From assembly GCA_046537875.1 (NCBI GenBank), contig JBKHJZ010000001.1, positions 16,253 through 80,252 on the forward strand: 64,000 nucleotides of DNA, read 5' to 3'. The position numbers were made by a program, and so were the translations under genes. The notes under the pieces were generated by a model that worked only from the letters and a program-made list of their open reading frames with translations, ran no database searches and was not told the origin of the DNA. This document shows, piece by piece, positions 1-9,210 of the stretch (its first letter is position 1; every line of letters starts with the position of its first letter). This stretch comes from Acidimicrobiia bacterium. GTDB lineage: Bacteria > Actinomycetota > Acidimicrobiia > Acidimicrobiales > VFJN01.

Positions 1-426
<426 letters not shown>

Positions 427-442
427 GCATCCCGGGCGGCGG

Positions 443-1675
443 TCACCGCGTGTAGGCCTTGCCGCCCTTCATCACGAACCGCACCTGCTGCAGCGTCGTG
501 ATGTCGGTGAGCGGGTCGCCGTGCACGCCGACGATGTCGGCGAGCATGCCCGGCGCGATCCGGCCGAGGTCCGGGGCGTCGATGAGCTCGGCGCTGACCG
601 TGGTGGCGGCCCGGATGGCCTGGAGCGGGGTCATGCCCCGCTTGACCAGCACCACCAGCTCCTCGGCGTTGCGGCCGTGCCAGATGGCGGGCGCGTCGCT
701 GCCGGACGCGATCTTGACGCCGGCCTCGATGGCGTTCGACAGCGACTCCTGCGCCCTCGGGAACATCTCGGCCGCCTTGGCCTGCATGTGCGCCGGCTGC
801 GTCGAGATGTCCCAGTTCTCGGTGAGGGCGGTGGTCGACACGAGGAACGTGCCGGTGTCGACGAGGCGCTGGATGGTGTCGCCGGTGATCATGAACCCGT
901 GCTCGATGCAGTCGATGCCGGCGTCGATCGCCGCGTTGACGGCGTCGTCGCCGTGGCAGTGGGCGGCCACCTTCAGGCCCCGGCGGTGGGCCTCGTCGGC
1001 GATGGCGGCGAGCTCGTCGTCGGAGTACTGCTGGGCGCCGGGCGGGCCGAGCGTCACCACGCCGCCCGAGGCGCAGCACTTGACGAGCCGGGCGCCGTGC
1101 TTGACCTGGTAGCGGACGGCCCGGCGGACCTCGTCGACGCCGTCGGCGATGCCCTCCTCGACGCCCAGCGGCATCATGTGCGGCGCGAGCCCGCTCTGGG
1201 CGCTGGGATCGAGGTGGCCGCCGGTGGGGCAGATGGCATGGCCGGCCGGCACGATCCGCGGTCCGTCGACCCAGCCCCCCTCGACCGCCCGGCTCAGGGC
1301 CACGTCGAGCAGGTAGCCGCCGGTCTTCACGAACAGGCCGAGGTTCCGGACCGTGGTGAACCCCGCCCGCAGGGTCCGGCGGGCGTTGACCGTGGCCCGC
1401 AGGGTCATCGTCACCGGATCGGTCACGACCGGGTCGGTGAGGCCGGCCCCGGGGCCGCCGAGCACGAGATCGACCTCCATGTCCATGAGGCCGGGGACCA
1501 GGGTGAGCTCGGGCAGCTCGACCACCTCGTCGGCGTCGGAGGCGACGCTGCCGTCGGTGCCGACCGAGGCGATCCGATCGCCCTCCACGCAGACGTACCC
1601 GTCGTCGATCACGTCGCCGGTGTCGACATCGAGGATGCCGCGGGCGTGGAGGACGGTCATGGTGGGTGCGGCCAT
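443..1675 (-). CDS. Metal-dependent amidohydrolase (imidazolonepropionase / Xaa-Pro dipeptidase-like family)
   Basis: 410-aa ORF. N-terminal beta-sandwich-type sequence (ILDVDTG...DGYVCVEGDRI), HCHGDDAV and GSDAPAIWHG metal-ligand-like motifs. Confidence 0.8.
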   Translation of the reverse strand: MAAPTMTVLHARGILDVDTGDVIDDGYVCVEGDRIASVGTDGSVASDADEVVELPELTLVPGLMDMEVDLVLGGPGAGLTDPVVTDPVTMTLRATVNARRTLRAGFTTVRNLGLFVKTGGYLLDVALSRAVEGGWVDGPRIVPAGHAICPTGGHLDPSAQSGLAPHMMPLGVEEGIADGVDEVRRAVRYQVKHGARLVKCCASGGVVTLGPPGAQQYSDDELAAIADEAHRRGLKVAAHCHGDDAVNAAIDAGIDCIEHGFMITGDTIQRLVDTGTFLVSTTALTENWDISTQPAHMQAKAAEMFPRAQESLSNAIEAGVKIASGSDAPAIWHGRNAEELVVLVKRGMTPLQAIRAATTVSAELIDAPDLGRIAPGMLADIVGVHGDPLTDITTLQQVRFVMKGGKAYTR

Positions 1676-1729
1676 GGGGTCGGTCTAGCATCGCCCGATG
1701 CACCAGCAGCACGTCGCGGCGGTCGTACC

Positions 1730-2503
1730 GTGAGCGCTCTTCCCGCATGGTCCACCTCCCGCACCGCCGTCGTCACCGGCGGTGGACGGGGGATCGGGTT
1801 GGCGATCAGCCGCCGCCTGGCGCTGGAGGGCGCATCGGTCGCGGTGTTCGAGCGGGACGGGGAGAGCGGGCGGGCCGCCGCCCAGCAGATCGGGGCCGAC
1901 GGCGGCCGGGCCGTCGCCTACGCCCTCGACGTGTCCGACCGTGGCGGCGTGGACGCGGCCGTGGCCGAGGTGCGCGCCGAGCTCGGGCCGCCGACGATCC
2001 TCGTGAACAACGCCGGCCTCACGCCGTTCAAGAAGTTCCGCGAGATCACCCGGGACGACCTCGAGCGGGTGTTCGCGGTCAACGTCTACGGCGTGTTCGA
2101 CTGCTGCCAGGCCGTGCTGCCCGACATGGTCGACGCCGGCTGGGGCCGCATCGTGAACATCGCGTCGTCCAGCGCCCAGACCGGCAGCCCACTCCAGACG
2201 CACTACAGCGCCACGAAGGGCGCGGTCATCGCGCTGACCCGGTCGCTCGCCCGGGAGCTGGGCGCGAAGGGCATCACGGTCAACGCCGTGCCGCCGTCGT
2301 TCGTCGACACGCCGAGCCTGCGCGAGGCCGAGCGCAGCGGGTACCTCGGTCCGGGCGTCGAGACGCTGCTCCAGTCGATGCCGGTCAGGCGCGTCGGCGT
2401 GCCGGAGGACATCGCCGCCGCGGTCGCCTACCTCGTGCGCGACGAGGCGAGCTTCGTCACCGGCCAGGTGCTCGGCGTCAACGGCGGTCGTGTCATGGAC
2501 TGA
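1730..2503 (+). CDS. SDR family oxidoreductase (FabG-like 3-oxoacyl reductase type)
   Basis: GTG at 1730 is in frame. TGGGRGIG Rossmann motif, NNAG, and YSATKGA catalytic Tyr-x3-Lys. The long upstream part of ORF 521..2503 is antisense to the amidohydrolase and looks non-coding. Confidence 0.85.
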   Translation: MSALPAWSTSRTAVVTGGGRGIGLAISRRLALEGASVAVFERDGESGRAAAQQIGADGGRAVAYALDVSDRGGVDAAVAEVRAELGPPTILVNNAGLTPFKKFREITRDDLERVFAVNVYGVFDCCQAVLPDMVDAGWGRIVNIASSSAQTGSPLQTHYSATKGAVIALTRSLARELGAKGITVNAVPPSFVDTPSLREAERSGYLGPGVETLLQSMPVRRVGVPEDIAAAVAYLVRDEASFVTGQVLGVNGGRVMD

Positions 2504-2523
2504 CGCCGGACGCTCAGAAGCCG

Positions 2524-2645
2524 GAGCGGATAGGCGTGCACGTGGGCACCGAACAGTACGGGATTTGCCGCGTGAGCCCAGGCCACACAGCGAGGCTTCC
2601 GGCAACGCTGACCACCGTTTGCCGAGAGAACGTGCCTATCCGCTC
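2524..2645. repeat. Inverted-repeat-bounded 122-bp element between convergent genes
   Basis: GAGCGGATAGGC at 2524-2535 is the perfect reverse complement of GCCTATCCGCTC at 2634-2645. The interior is less GC-rich than its surroundings. It carries TTTGCCG (2564-2570), CCGGCAAC (2599-2606) and GTTTGCCG (2617-2624), which allow alternative pairings. Confidence 0.4.
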
Positions 2646-2651
2646 ATGTCC

Positions 2652-3338
2652 TCAGCGGCGTGACCCGAGGACGTCCCGGCCGGCGCCGAGCGTGCGGTCG
2701 CCGGCGATGGGAACCGCGGGCTGGTCCCAGCGGTCGAGGTCGACCACGTCGCCGAGCGGGCGCCGGCGCACCGGGCCGTGCCTGCCGCGCGGCCAGCCCA
2801 CCACGACGTGGCCGGCGAGCAGCCAGTCGTCGGGGATGCCGACGGCCTCCCGGAGCAGCTGCTCGCCGCCGTAGGAGGCCCAGCTGGTGACGCAGGCGCC
2901 GAGGCCCTGGGCACGCGCGGCGAGCAGGAAGTTCTGCATCGCCGGGTAGATCGACCCGCCGAGGAGGACCTCGGAGGCGGTGTCGTAGCGGAAGGTGGCG
3001 AAGAGCACGGAGGTCCGGTCGCCCGCACGGTCGTGGAGCTCGTAGGTGGCGCGGTTGTTGCGTGCCCGCCGGCTCCGGTCGTCGTCGCCGGGCCGGGTCA
3101 TCCCGTAGACGGGTTCGATCACCTCGAGGGCGCGGCGGGCCGCTTCGGCGACGGCGGCGCGCTGCTCGGGTGAGCGCAGCACGATGAAGCGCCAGGCCTG
3201 GGCGTTGGCGCCGTTCGGCGCCCAGGTCGCCGCCTCCAGGCAGCGCCGCAGGGTGGCGTCGTCGACCGGTTCGTCGGTGAACCGGCGGATGGTCCGGGCC
3301 GTGGACAGTACGTCCCAGACGTCGTTGGACGGCGGCAT
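2652..3338 (-). CDS. Nitroreductase family protein
   Basis: 228-aa ORF. N-terminal RTIRRFTDEPV and APNGANAQAWRF motifs typical of the FMN nitroreductase fold. It starts 9 nt downstream of the P450 stop, so the same operon is likely. Confidence 0.8.
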   Translation of the reverse strand: MPPSNDVWDVLSTARTIRRFTDEPVDDATLRRCLEAATWAPNGANAQAWRFIVLRSPEQRAAVAEAARRALEVIEPVYGMTRPGDDDRSRRARNNRATYELHDRAGDRTSVLFATFRYDTASEVLLGGSIYPAMQNFLLAARAQGLGACVTSWASYGGEQLLREAVGIPDDWLLAGHVVVGWPRGRHGPVRRRPLGDVVDLDRWDQPAVPIAGDRTLGAGRDVLGSRR

Positions 3339-3347
3339 GAGCGGCGG

Positions 3348-4547
3348 TCAGCGGATGATCAGCGGGAGGCTCTCCCAGCCGCGGACCGTCGAGGTCGGGG
3401 CGAGGCGGCTGCCCTCGTCGTCGACGTCCCACTCCGGGAACCGGTCGAGGAGCTCCTCGAGCGCGACCCGGCCCTCGAGGCGCGCGAGGTTGGCACCCAG
3501 GCAGAAGTGCAGCCCGTACCCGAAGGTCAGGTGCTGGCTGTCAGCACGGGTGACGTCGTAGGCGTCGGGGGCCTCGTAGCGGCGGGGGTCGCGGTTGGCC
3601 GACGCCAGCAGGAGGAGGATGGCGGTGCCGGCGGGGATCGTGGTGCCGTGGTACTCGACGTCGTGCATGACGTAGCGGGCGACGGCGTGGCCGGTGGGCT
3701 CGAAGCGCAGCGTCTCCTCGATGGCGTTGGGGATCAGCGACCGGTCGTCGAGCAGGACTCGCCGCTGGTCGGGGTGCTCGGCCAGCAGCTTGGCGAGCCA
3801 GCCGATGAGCCGGCCGGTGGTCTCGTTGCCGGCACCCGCGAGCACGGCCGTGTAGGTGAGCACCTCGCCGCGGGTGAGCTTGCGGATCTCGCCGTCCCGG
3901 TCCTCGAACTCGGCGTTGAGGAGGTGGGTCATGAGGTCGTCGGAGGGGTGCCGGGCCCGCCAGTCGATGTAGTCGGCGAACATGGCGCCGCTGGCGACCT
4001 CGTCCTGCCTGACGGCCATGGGCTGGCCGGGCTCGGTGCGGAGGTTGGCGTCGGTCTTGTCGCGGACGGCGATCTGGTCCTCCTCGGGGATGCCGAGGAG
4101 CATGCCGATCACCCGCATGGGCAGGATCGAGGCGAAGTCGCTGATGATGTCGAAGCGGTCGGCACCGACGAGCGGGTCGAGGCAGCGGACGCAGAAGTCG
4201 CGGATCTGGTCCTCGAGGGCGGCCATCCGCCGGGGGGTGAAGACCCGGGACATGAGCCCGCGGTGCATCGTGTGCACCGGTGGGTCCTCGAAGAGGATCA
4301 CCCCGGGCGGGAGCTCGACGCCGGATTTGATGATGTCGAGGATGTCGCTGCGGGTGTTCGAGAACGTCTTCCAGTCGACGAGCGCCTGCTGGACGTCCTC
4401 GTGGCGCGAGAGCGCCCAGAAGTCGTACCGCTCGTTGTGGTAGGCCGGTGCCTCCTCCCGCAGGAGGGCGTACACGGGGTACGGGTCGGCGTTGATCTCG
4501 ACGTCGTACGGGTCGTAGTAGACGTCCGTGGCGTTGGCGATCGTCAT
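3348..4547 (-). CDS. Cytochrome P450 (paralog 1)
   Basis: 399 aa. AGNETT I-helix motif, EETLRFE (ExxR), and heme-ligand loop FGYGLHFCLGANLAR. RBS GAGGAGGG lies upstream. Confidence 0.9.
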   Translation of the reverse strand: MTIANATDVYYDPYDVEINADPYPVYALLREEAPAYHNERYDFWALSRHEDVQQALVDWKTFSNTRSDILDIIKSGVELPPGVILFEDPPVHTMHRGLMSRVFTPRRMAALEDQIRDFCVRCLDPLVGADRFDIISDFASILPMRVIGMLLGIPEEDQIAVRDKTDANLRTEPGQPMAVRQDEVASGAMFADYIDWRARHPSDDLMTHLLNAEFEDRDGEIRKLTRGEVLTYTAVLAGAGNETTGRLIGWLAKLLAEHPDQRRVLLDDRSLIPNAIEETLRFEPTGHAVARYVMHDVEYHGTTIPAGTAILLLLASANRDPRRYEAPDAYDVTRADSQHLTFGYGLHFCLGANLARLEGRVALEELLDRFPEWDVDDEGSRLAPTSTVRGWESLPLIIR

Positions 4548-4573
4548 CCGGGCCCCCTCCTCACCGATCCTGG

Positions 4574-4591
4574 TTTGAACGACCGTTCTAA
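4574..4591. promoter_or_regulatory. Candidate operator: imperfect palindrome TTTGAACGACCGTTCTAA just upstream of P450 paralog 1
   Basis: Half-sites TTGAAC and GTTCTA are separated by 4 nt, about 27 nt upstream of the P450 start. The site sits in an unusually long (110-nt) spacer inside an otherwise tight operon. Confidence 0.3.
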
Positions 4592-4658
4592 CTGGGCTGT
4601 GGTGGGGCGTCCAGGGTGGGGACGTGGTGCTGCGGGAGAGAGCGTGCCTGCCACCACA

Positions 4659-5783
4659 TCAGAACGACTCGTACTCGACGACGACCCGGCGGCCGTGGGG
4701 GAGGGCCTGGCAGGTGAGCACCCAACCCTCGTCGACCTCCTCGGGCGTGAGAGCCTTGTTGGTGCGCATCGTGACGGAGCCCTCGTGGAGGAGGGCCATG
4801 CACGTGGCGCAGTCGCCGGCCTGGCAGGAGAACGGAGCCCGGAGGCCGCCGGCCCGGGCGGTCTGCAGGAGCGTGTCACCGGCGTGGTAGGCGACGTCGT
4901 GGCGCTGGCCCTTGAGGACGATGGTCACGGTCTCCGTGGCGTCGGGCTCGTCGCCGCCGCCGGGCGCCGCCTGGACGGACATGCCGGGTGCCGGGGACGG
5001 CTCCTCGGCTCGCGGGCCGGTCCGGTCGCCGAAGCGCTCGAGGAAGATGCGGTCCGTCGGGACCCCGGCGTCGAGCAGCGTGCGCTCGACCAGGTCCATG
5101 AACTCCGCCGGCCCGCACACGAAGAACAGCGCACCCTCGCCCGACGTCTCGGCGACGTCGCGGACCTCGTCCGGGGTCAGGTAGCCGCCGTCGCTGTCCA
5201 GGTGGTGGTGCACCGAGAGCTGCCCCGGGTGCTCGTGCCGGAGCCGGTCGAGGTCGTCCCGGAAGATCACCGCATCGGCGTCGCGGTTCGCGTACAGCAC
5301 CCGCACCGGCCGGTCGGACGACGCGAGGACGCTCTTGGTGATCGACATCACCGGCGTCACGCCGCTGCCCCCGCAGAACGCCACGACCGGCGCGTCGCCC
5401 TCGGGCACGCAGAACACGCCCGCCGGCCGGGTCGCCTCGAGCTCGTCGCCCGGTGCGACGTTGTCGAGGAGCCAGTTCGACACCACGCCGCCGGGGACCC
5501 GCTTGACGGTGACGGTCAGCGCCGGGTCGGTCTCCGGGGCGCTCGACATGGAGTAGGAGCGGAGCAGCTCCTCGCCGTCGAGGTGGACGCGGAAGGTGCA
5601 GAACTGGCCGGGCCGGTAGGCGAACAGGTTCCGGGCATCGGCGGGCACGTCGAGGACGAACGAGGACGTGTCGGCGGTCTCCCGCACGACCTCGCGGACG
5701 CGCAGCGGGTGGTACCCGTGGAGCCGTCGCACCTCGTCTCGGTCGGCCACGACGGCCACGCTACCCGCGCCGAGAAGCACCAA
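4659..5783 (-). CDS. Ferredoxin reductase with C-terminal plant-type 2Fe-2S domain (PDR / KshB / PaaE architecture)
   Basis: RSYSMSS flavin-binding motif, GGSGVTP NAD(P)-binding motif, and C-terminal CQAGDCATC...LTCQA 2Fe-2S cysteines. It lies directly upstream of the P450 on the same strand. Confidence 0.85.
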   Translation of the reverse strand: MVLLGAGSVAVVADRDEVRRLHGYHPLRVREVVRETADTSSFVLDVPADARNLFAYRPGQFCTFRVHLDGEELLRSYSMSSAPETDPALTVTVKRVPGGVVSNWLLDNVAPGDELEATRPAGVFCVPEGDAPVVAFCGGSGVTPVMSITKSVLASSDRPVRVLYANRDADAVIFRDDLDRLRHEHPGQLSVHHHLDSDGGYLTPDEVRDVAETSGEGALFFVCGPAEFMDLVERTLLDAGVPTDRIFLERFGDRTGPRAEEPSPAPGMSVQAAPGGGDEPDATETVTIVLKGQRHDVAYHAGDTLLQTARAGGLRAPFSCQAGDCATCMALLHEGSVTMRTNKALTPEEVDEGWVLTCQALPHGRRVVVEYESF

Positions 5784-5801
5784 CCCACATCGGGCAAAGC
5801 T

Positions 5802-5826
5802 GCATCATCATGAATGAGATTGATGC
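5802..5826. promoter_or_regulatory. Inverted repeat GCATCA-N13-TGATGC in an AT-richer divergent promoter region
   Basis: It lies in the 93-bp gap between the divergent reductase/P450 operon and the thiolase operon. This is the only AT-rich patch in the neighbourhood. Confidence 0.25.
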
Positions 5827-5876
5827 TCTCAGCACCGGCGTCCTACGCTCCTGCGAGCCGGACCCGGGAGGCACAC

Positions 5877-7055
5877 ATGACCGACGCCGTGATCGTCTCC
5901 ACCGCGAGGACGCCCATCGGCACGGCGGGGCGCGGGTCGCTGGTCGACGTCGACGCCCTCGAGCTCGGCACCCTCGCGCTGACCGAGGCCCTGGCGCGCG
6001 CCGGGGTCGACCCGTCGCTCGTCGACGACGTCGTCTTCGGCGAGTCGCTCTACGGCGGCGGCGACATCGCCCGGTACGCGGCCGTGCAGGCCGGCATGCC
6101 CCAGGTGCCCGGCGTGGCCCACAACCGGCACTGCGCCTCGGGCCTCGCCGCCGTCCAGACCGCCGCCGGCTCGATCCGCTCGGGCATGGACACGCTGGTG
6201 GTGGCCGGCGGGGTGCAGTCGAGCTCGACCATGCCCCGCACCACGCGCCGGGTGCCGGGGACCGACGAGTGGACCGACTGGTTCTCGCCGACCCACCCGG
6301 ACTCGCCCGAGGCGCCCAACATGGACATGTCCATCACGGTGGGGTGGAACGCCGCGACGAAGGCCGGGGTCACCCGTGAGGAGATGGACGCCTGGGCGCT
6401 GCGGTCGCACCGGCGCGCCGTGGCCTCCATCGACGACGGGCGTTTCCGGGACGAGGTCTTCCCCGTGGCGGTCACCCGGCGCGACGGCACGACCACCACC
6501 TTCGCCGTCGACGAGCACCCGCGTCGCGACACGAGCATGGAGAAGCTCGCCTCGCTGAAGCCCCTGCACCCGGAGATCGAGGGCTTCAGCATCACCGCCG
6601 GCAACGCCGCGGGCGCCAACGACGGCGCAGCGGCCATGGTCATCGCCTCCGATGCGCTCGCCGGCGAGCTGGGGTTGACGTCCCTGGCGTCGGTGCGGGG
6701 CTGGGCGTCGGTGGGCGTGCCGCCGGAGGACACCGGCCTGGCCCCGACCATCGCCATCCCGAAGGCGCTCGACCGGGTCGGCCTCCGGATCGACGACATC
6801 GACCTGTGGGAGATCAACGAGGCCTTCGCCTCCATGTGCGTCGCCACCACCCGGATCCTCGGCATCGACGAGGAGCTGGTGAACGTGCAGGGCAGCGGCT
6901 GCAGCCTCGGACACCCCGTCGCCATGACCGGCGCCCGCATGGTCATCTCCCTCGTGCACGAGCTCCGCCGCCGAGGCGGCGGCACCGGTGTCGCCGCCAT
7001 GTGCGCCGGCGGCGGCATGTCGTCGGCGGTCGTGCTCGACGTCCCGGCCGCCTGA
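5877..7055 (+). CDS. Acetyl-CoA C-acyltransferase (thiolase, catalytically complete)
   Basis: ATG at 5877 is preceded by GGGAGG. Nucleophile motif HCASGL, NVQGSGCSLGHPVAMTG and CAGGGM C-terminal motifs are present. Confidence 0.9.
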   Translation: MTDAVIVSTARTPIGTAGRGSLVDVDALELGTLALTEALARAGVDPSLVDDVVFGESLYGGGDIARYAAVQAGMPQVPGVAHNRHCASGLAAVQTAAGSIRSGMDTLVVAGGVQSSSTMPRTTRRVPGTDEWTDWFSPTHPDSPEAPNMDMSITVGWNAATKAGVTREEMDAWALRSHRRAVASIDDGRFRDEVFPVAVTRRDGTTTTFAVDEHPRRDTSMEKLASLKPLHPEIEGFSITAGNAAGANDGAAAMVIASDALAGELGLTSLASVRGWASVGVPPEDTGLAPTIAIPKALDRVGLRIDDIDLWEINEAFASMCVATTRILGIDEELVNVQGSGCSLGHPVAMTGARMVISLVHELRRRGGGTGVAAMCAGGGMSSAVVLDVPAA

Positions 7056-7068
7056 CCGCGGAGGAGCG

Positions 7069-8205
7069 ATGGACACCGCCGGGTTCCGGGACGCGCTGTC
7101 GGGCTGGCTCGAGTCGGCCGGGCTGCCACCGCCCATCGTGGACCCCGGCACGCTCGACGAGCAGGTGAGCCGCTACTTCACCGTGAAGCAGGCCCTGTGG
7201 GACGCCGACTTCGGGCGCTACGGGTGGCCCGAGGCCGTGGGCGGGCTCGGCGGCCCCCCGCTGCTGCGCGCGGTGGTCGGTGAGGAGGTGGCGGCCCGCC
7301 GGCTGGCCGACCCCAACTGCTGGTCGATGATCGAGGTCCTCGCCCCCACCGTCATCGACGTCGCCGGCCCGGAGCTGGCGGCCGAGGTGGTCCCGCCCCT
7401 GTTGCGGGGGGAGGAGCTCTGGTGCCAGGGCTTCTCGGAACCGGGCGCCGGCAGCGACCTCGCCTCGCTCACCTGCCGGGCCACCGAGACCGACGGCGGC
7501 TGGGTGGTCAACGGCCAGAAGGTGTGGACCAGCTTCGCCCAGTACGCCCGGCGGTGCGTCCTCCTCACCCGCACGGGTGCGCCGGGCAGTGCCCACCGCG
7601 GGATCACCGCCTTCCTCGTCGACATGAACAGCCCGGGCATCACCCACGCCCCGATCGAGACCCAGCACGGCCGGCCCGAGTTCGCCGAGGTGTTCTTCGA
7701 CGACGTGGTCGTGCCGGGCCATCGGGTGCTCGGCGGGGTCGGCCAGGGCTGGCAGGTGGCCATGGACATCCTGCCCTACGAGCGGTCCACCACGTTCTGG
7801 CACCGTGGCGCCCACCTGCTCCGACGCTGCGGCGACCTCGTGGCCGAAGTCTCCGCCGGCGGCGAGGCACCGCCGTCCGCCGCCGACGCGCTGGGCGCCG
7901 CGTACCAGGCCCTCGTCGCGTTCCGCATGCGCTCCCGGGGCACCCAGCACCGGCTGGCGGCGGGCGAGCGGCTCGGCGCCGAGACCTCCGTCGACAAGGT
8001 GCTGATCGCCACCGCCGAGCAGACGCTGCTCGAGACGGCCCGGGACCTCCTGCCCGGCGTGATCGAGCTCGACGACGACCCCGGGGCGGCGTCGTGGCGC
8101 GAGGACTACCTGTATGCGAAGGCCGCGACGATCTACGGAGGCACCGGCGAGATCCAGCGCAACATCATCGCCCGCCGGCTCCTCGACCTCGGGGCGGAGG
8201 CATGA
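7069..8205 (+). CDS. Acyl-CoA dehydrogenase, alpha-type subunit of pair 1
   Basis: ATG at 7069 follows GAGGAG. WCQGFSEPGAGSDLAS motif and C-terminal YGGTGEIQRNIIARRLL are present. Confidence 0.85.
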   Translation: MDTAGFRDALSGWLESAGLPPPIVDPGTLDEQVSRYFTVKQALWDADFGRYGWPEAVGGLGGPPLLRAVVGEEVAARRLADPNCWSMIEVLAPTVIDVAGPELAAEVVPPLLRGEELWCQGFSEPGAGSDLASLTCRATETDGGWVVNGQKVWTSFAQYARRCVLLTRTGAPGSAHRGITAFLVDMNSPGITHAPIETQHGRPEFAEVFFDDVVVPGHRVLGGVGQGWQVAMDILPYERSTTFWHRGAHLLRRCGDLVAEVSAGGEAPPSAADALGAAYQALVAFRMRSRGTQHRLAAGERLGAETSVDKVLIATAEQTLLETARDLLPGVIELDDDPGAASWREDYLYAKAATIYGGTGEIQRNIIARRLLDLGAEA

Positions 8206-9179
8206 CGGCCATCGACGCCGACGACCTGGCGATGCTGGCCGCCGGCTTCGACGGCGTGCTCCGCGACGCGGCGGACCCCGACGAGGCAGCGCGGGGCCTG
8301 TTCGAGCTCGGGTGGGACGAGCTGCTCGCCGCCTCGCCGGCGCAGGCCGTCGCCGCCGCGTTCGGTGCCCTGGGGGCCACGGGCGCGGCCGCGGGGATCC
8401 TCGACGACGTCCTCGCCCACGCCCTCGGGCTGGACCCGTCGATCGGGACGTGCATCGTCGCGCCGGCCCCCGGGGGCTCGACGCCACCCGGTCGCCGCAC
8501 CGGCGACCGCATCGTCGTCGACGGCACCGTGACGAGGCGCGCCGGGCGGGCCGAACGCATCATGGTGGTCGTGGGCGACGTCCCCGACGACGTGGAGGTC
8601 GTCGGGATCGACGCCTCACTCGTGGCCGTTCCCGACGGGGACACCATCGACCCCGAGGACGCGCACCGGCGGCTCAGGCTCGAGCTGCCGGCGGCCGATG
8701 CCACCCCGGTCGTCGCCACCGGCCGCTGGGGCGATGCGGTCGCCGCAGCTCGGGTGGCGCTCGCCCACCAGCTGCTCGGCGCCGCCCGCACCATGCTGGC
8801 CCAGGCTCGCGAGCACGCCCTCGACCGCGTGCAGTTCGGGCGGGCCATCGCGTCGTTCCAGGCCGTCCGGCACAAGCTGGCCGACGCGCTGGTGCAGATC
8901 GAGGGCGGGGCCGCCGTCGCCGGCGAGTGGCAGCCCGGCACCGACCCCCTGCTCGCCGCCCTGGCCAAGTCCCTCGCCGGCCGGGCCGCACGGACCACGG
9001 CGACCCACGCGCAGCAGGTCCTCGCGGGCATCGGCTTCACGACCGACCACCCGTTCCACCGCTGGCTGAAGCGGACCCTCGTGGTCGACGCCCTCTTCGG
9101 CTCCGCCAGCACGCTCCCCGGCGAGATCGGCGCCGAGCTGCTCGCACGGGGCGGCGCGCCCCGCCTGGTCGAGCTGTGA
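8202..9179 (+). CDS. Acyl-CoA dehydrogenase-fold protein, beta-type subunit of pair 1 (C-terminal catalytic motif lost)
   Basis: ATGA overlap with the upstream ACAD at 8202-8205. 325 aa. It keeps QFGRAIASFQAVRHKLAD, but the region that aligns to GGTxEIQRN reads FGSASTLPGEIGAELL. Confidence 0.75.
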   Translation: MTAIDADDLAMLAAGFDGVLRDAADPDEAARGLFELGWDELLAASPAQAVAAAFGALGATGAAAGILDDVLAHALGLDPSIGTCIVAPAPGGSTPPGRRTGDRIVVDGTVTRRAGRAERIMVVVGDVPDDVEVVGIDASLVAVPDGDTIDPEDAHRRLRLELPAADATPVVATGRWGDAVAAARVALAHQLLGAARTMLAQAREHALDRVQFGRAIASFQAVRHKLADALVQIEGGAAVAGEWQPGTDPLLAALAKSLAGRAARTTATHAQQVLAGIGFTTDHPFHRWLKRTLVVDALFGSASTLPGEIGAELLARGGAPRLVEL

Positions 9180-9210
9180 TCCACCGACCCGTTGAACCAG
9201 GAGGACTCCC

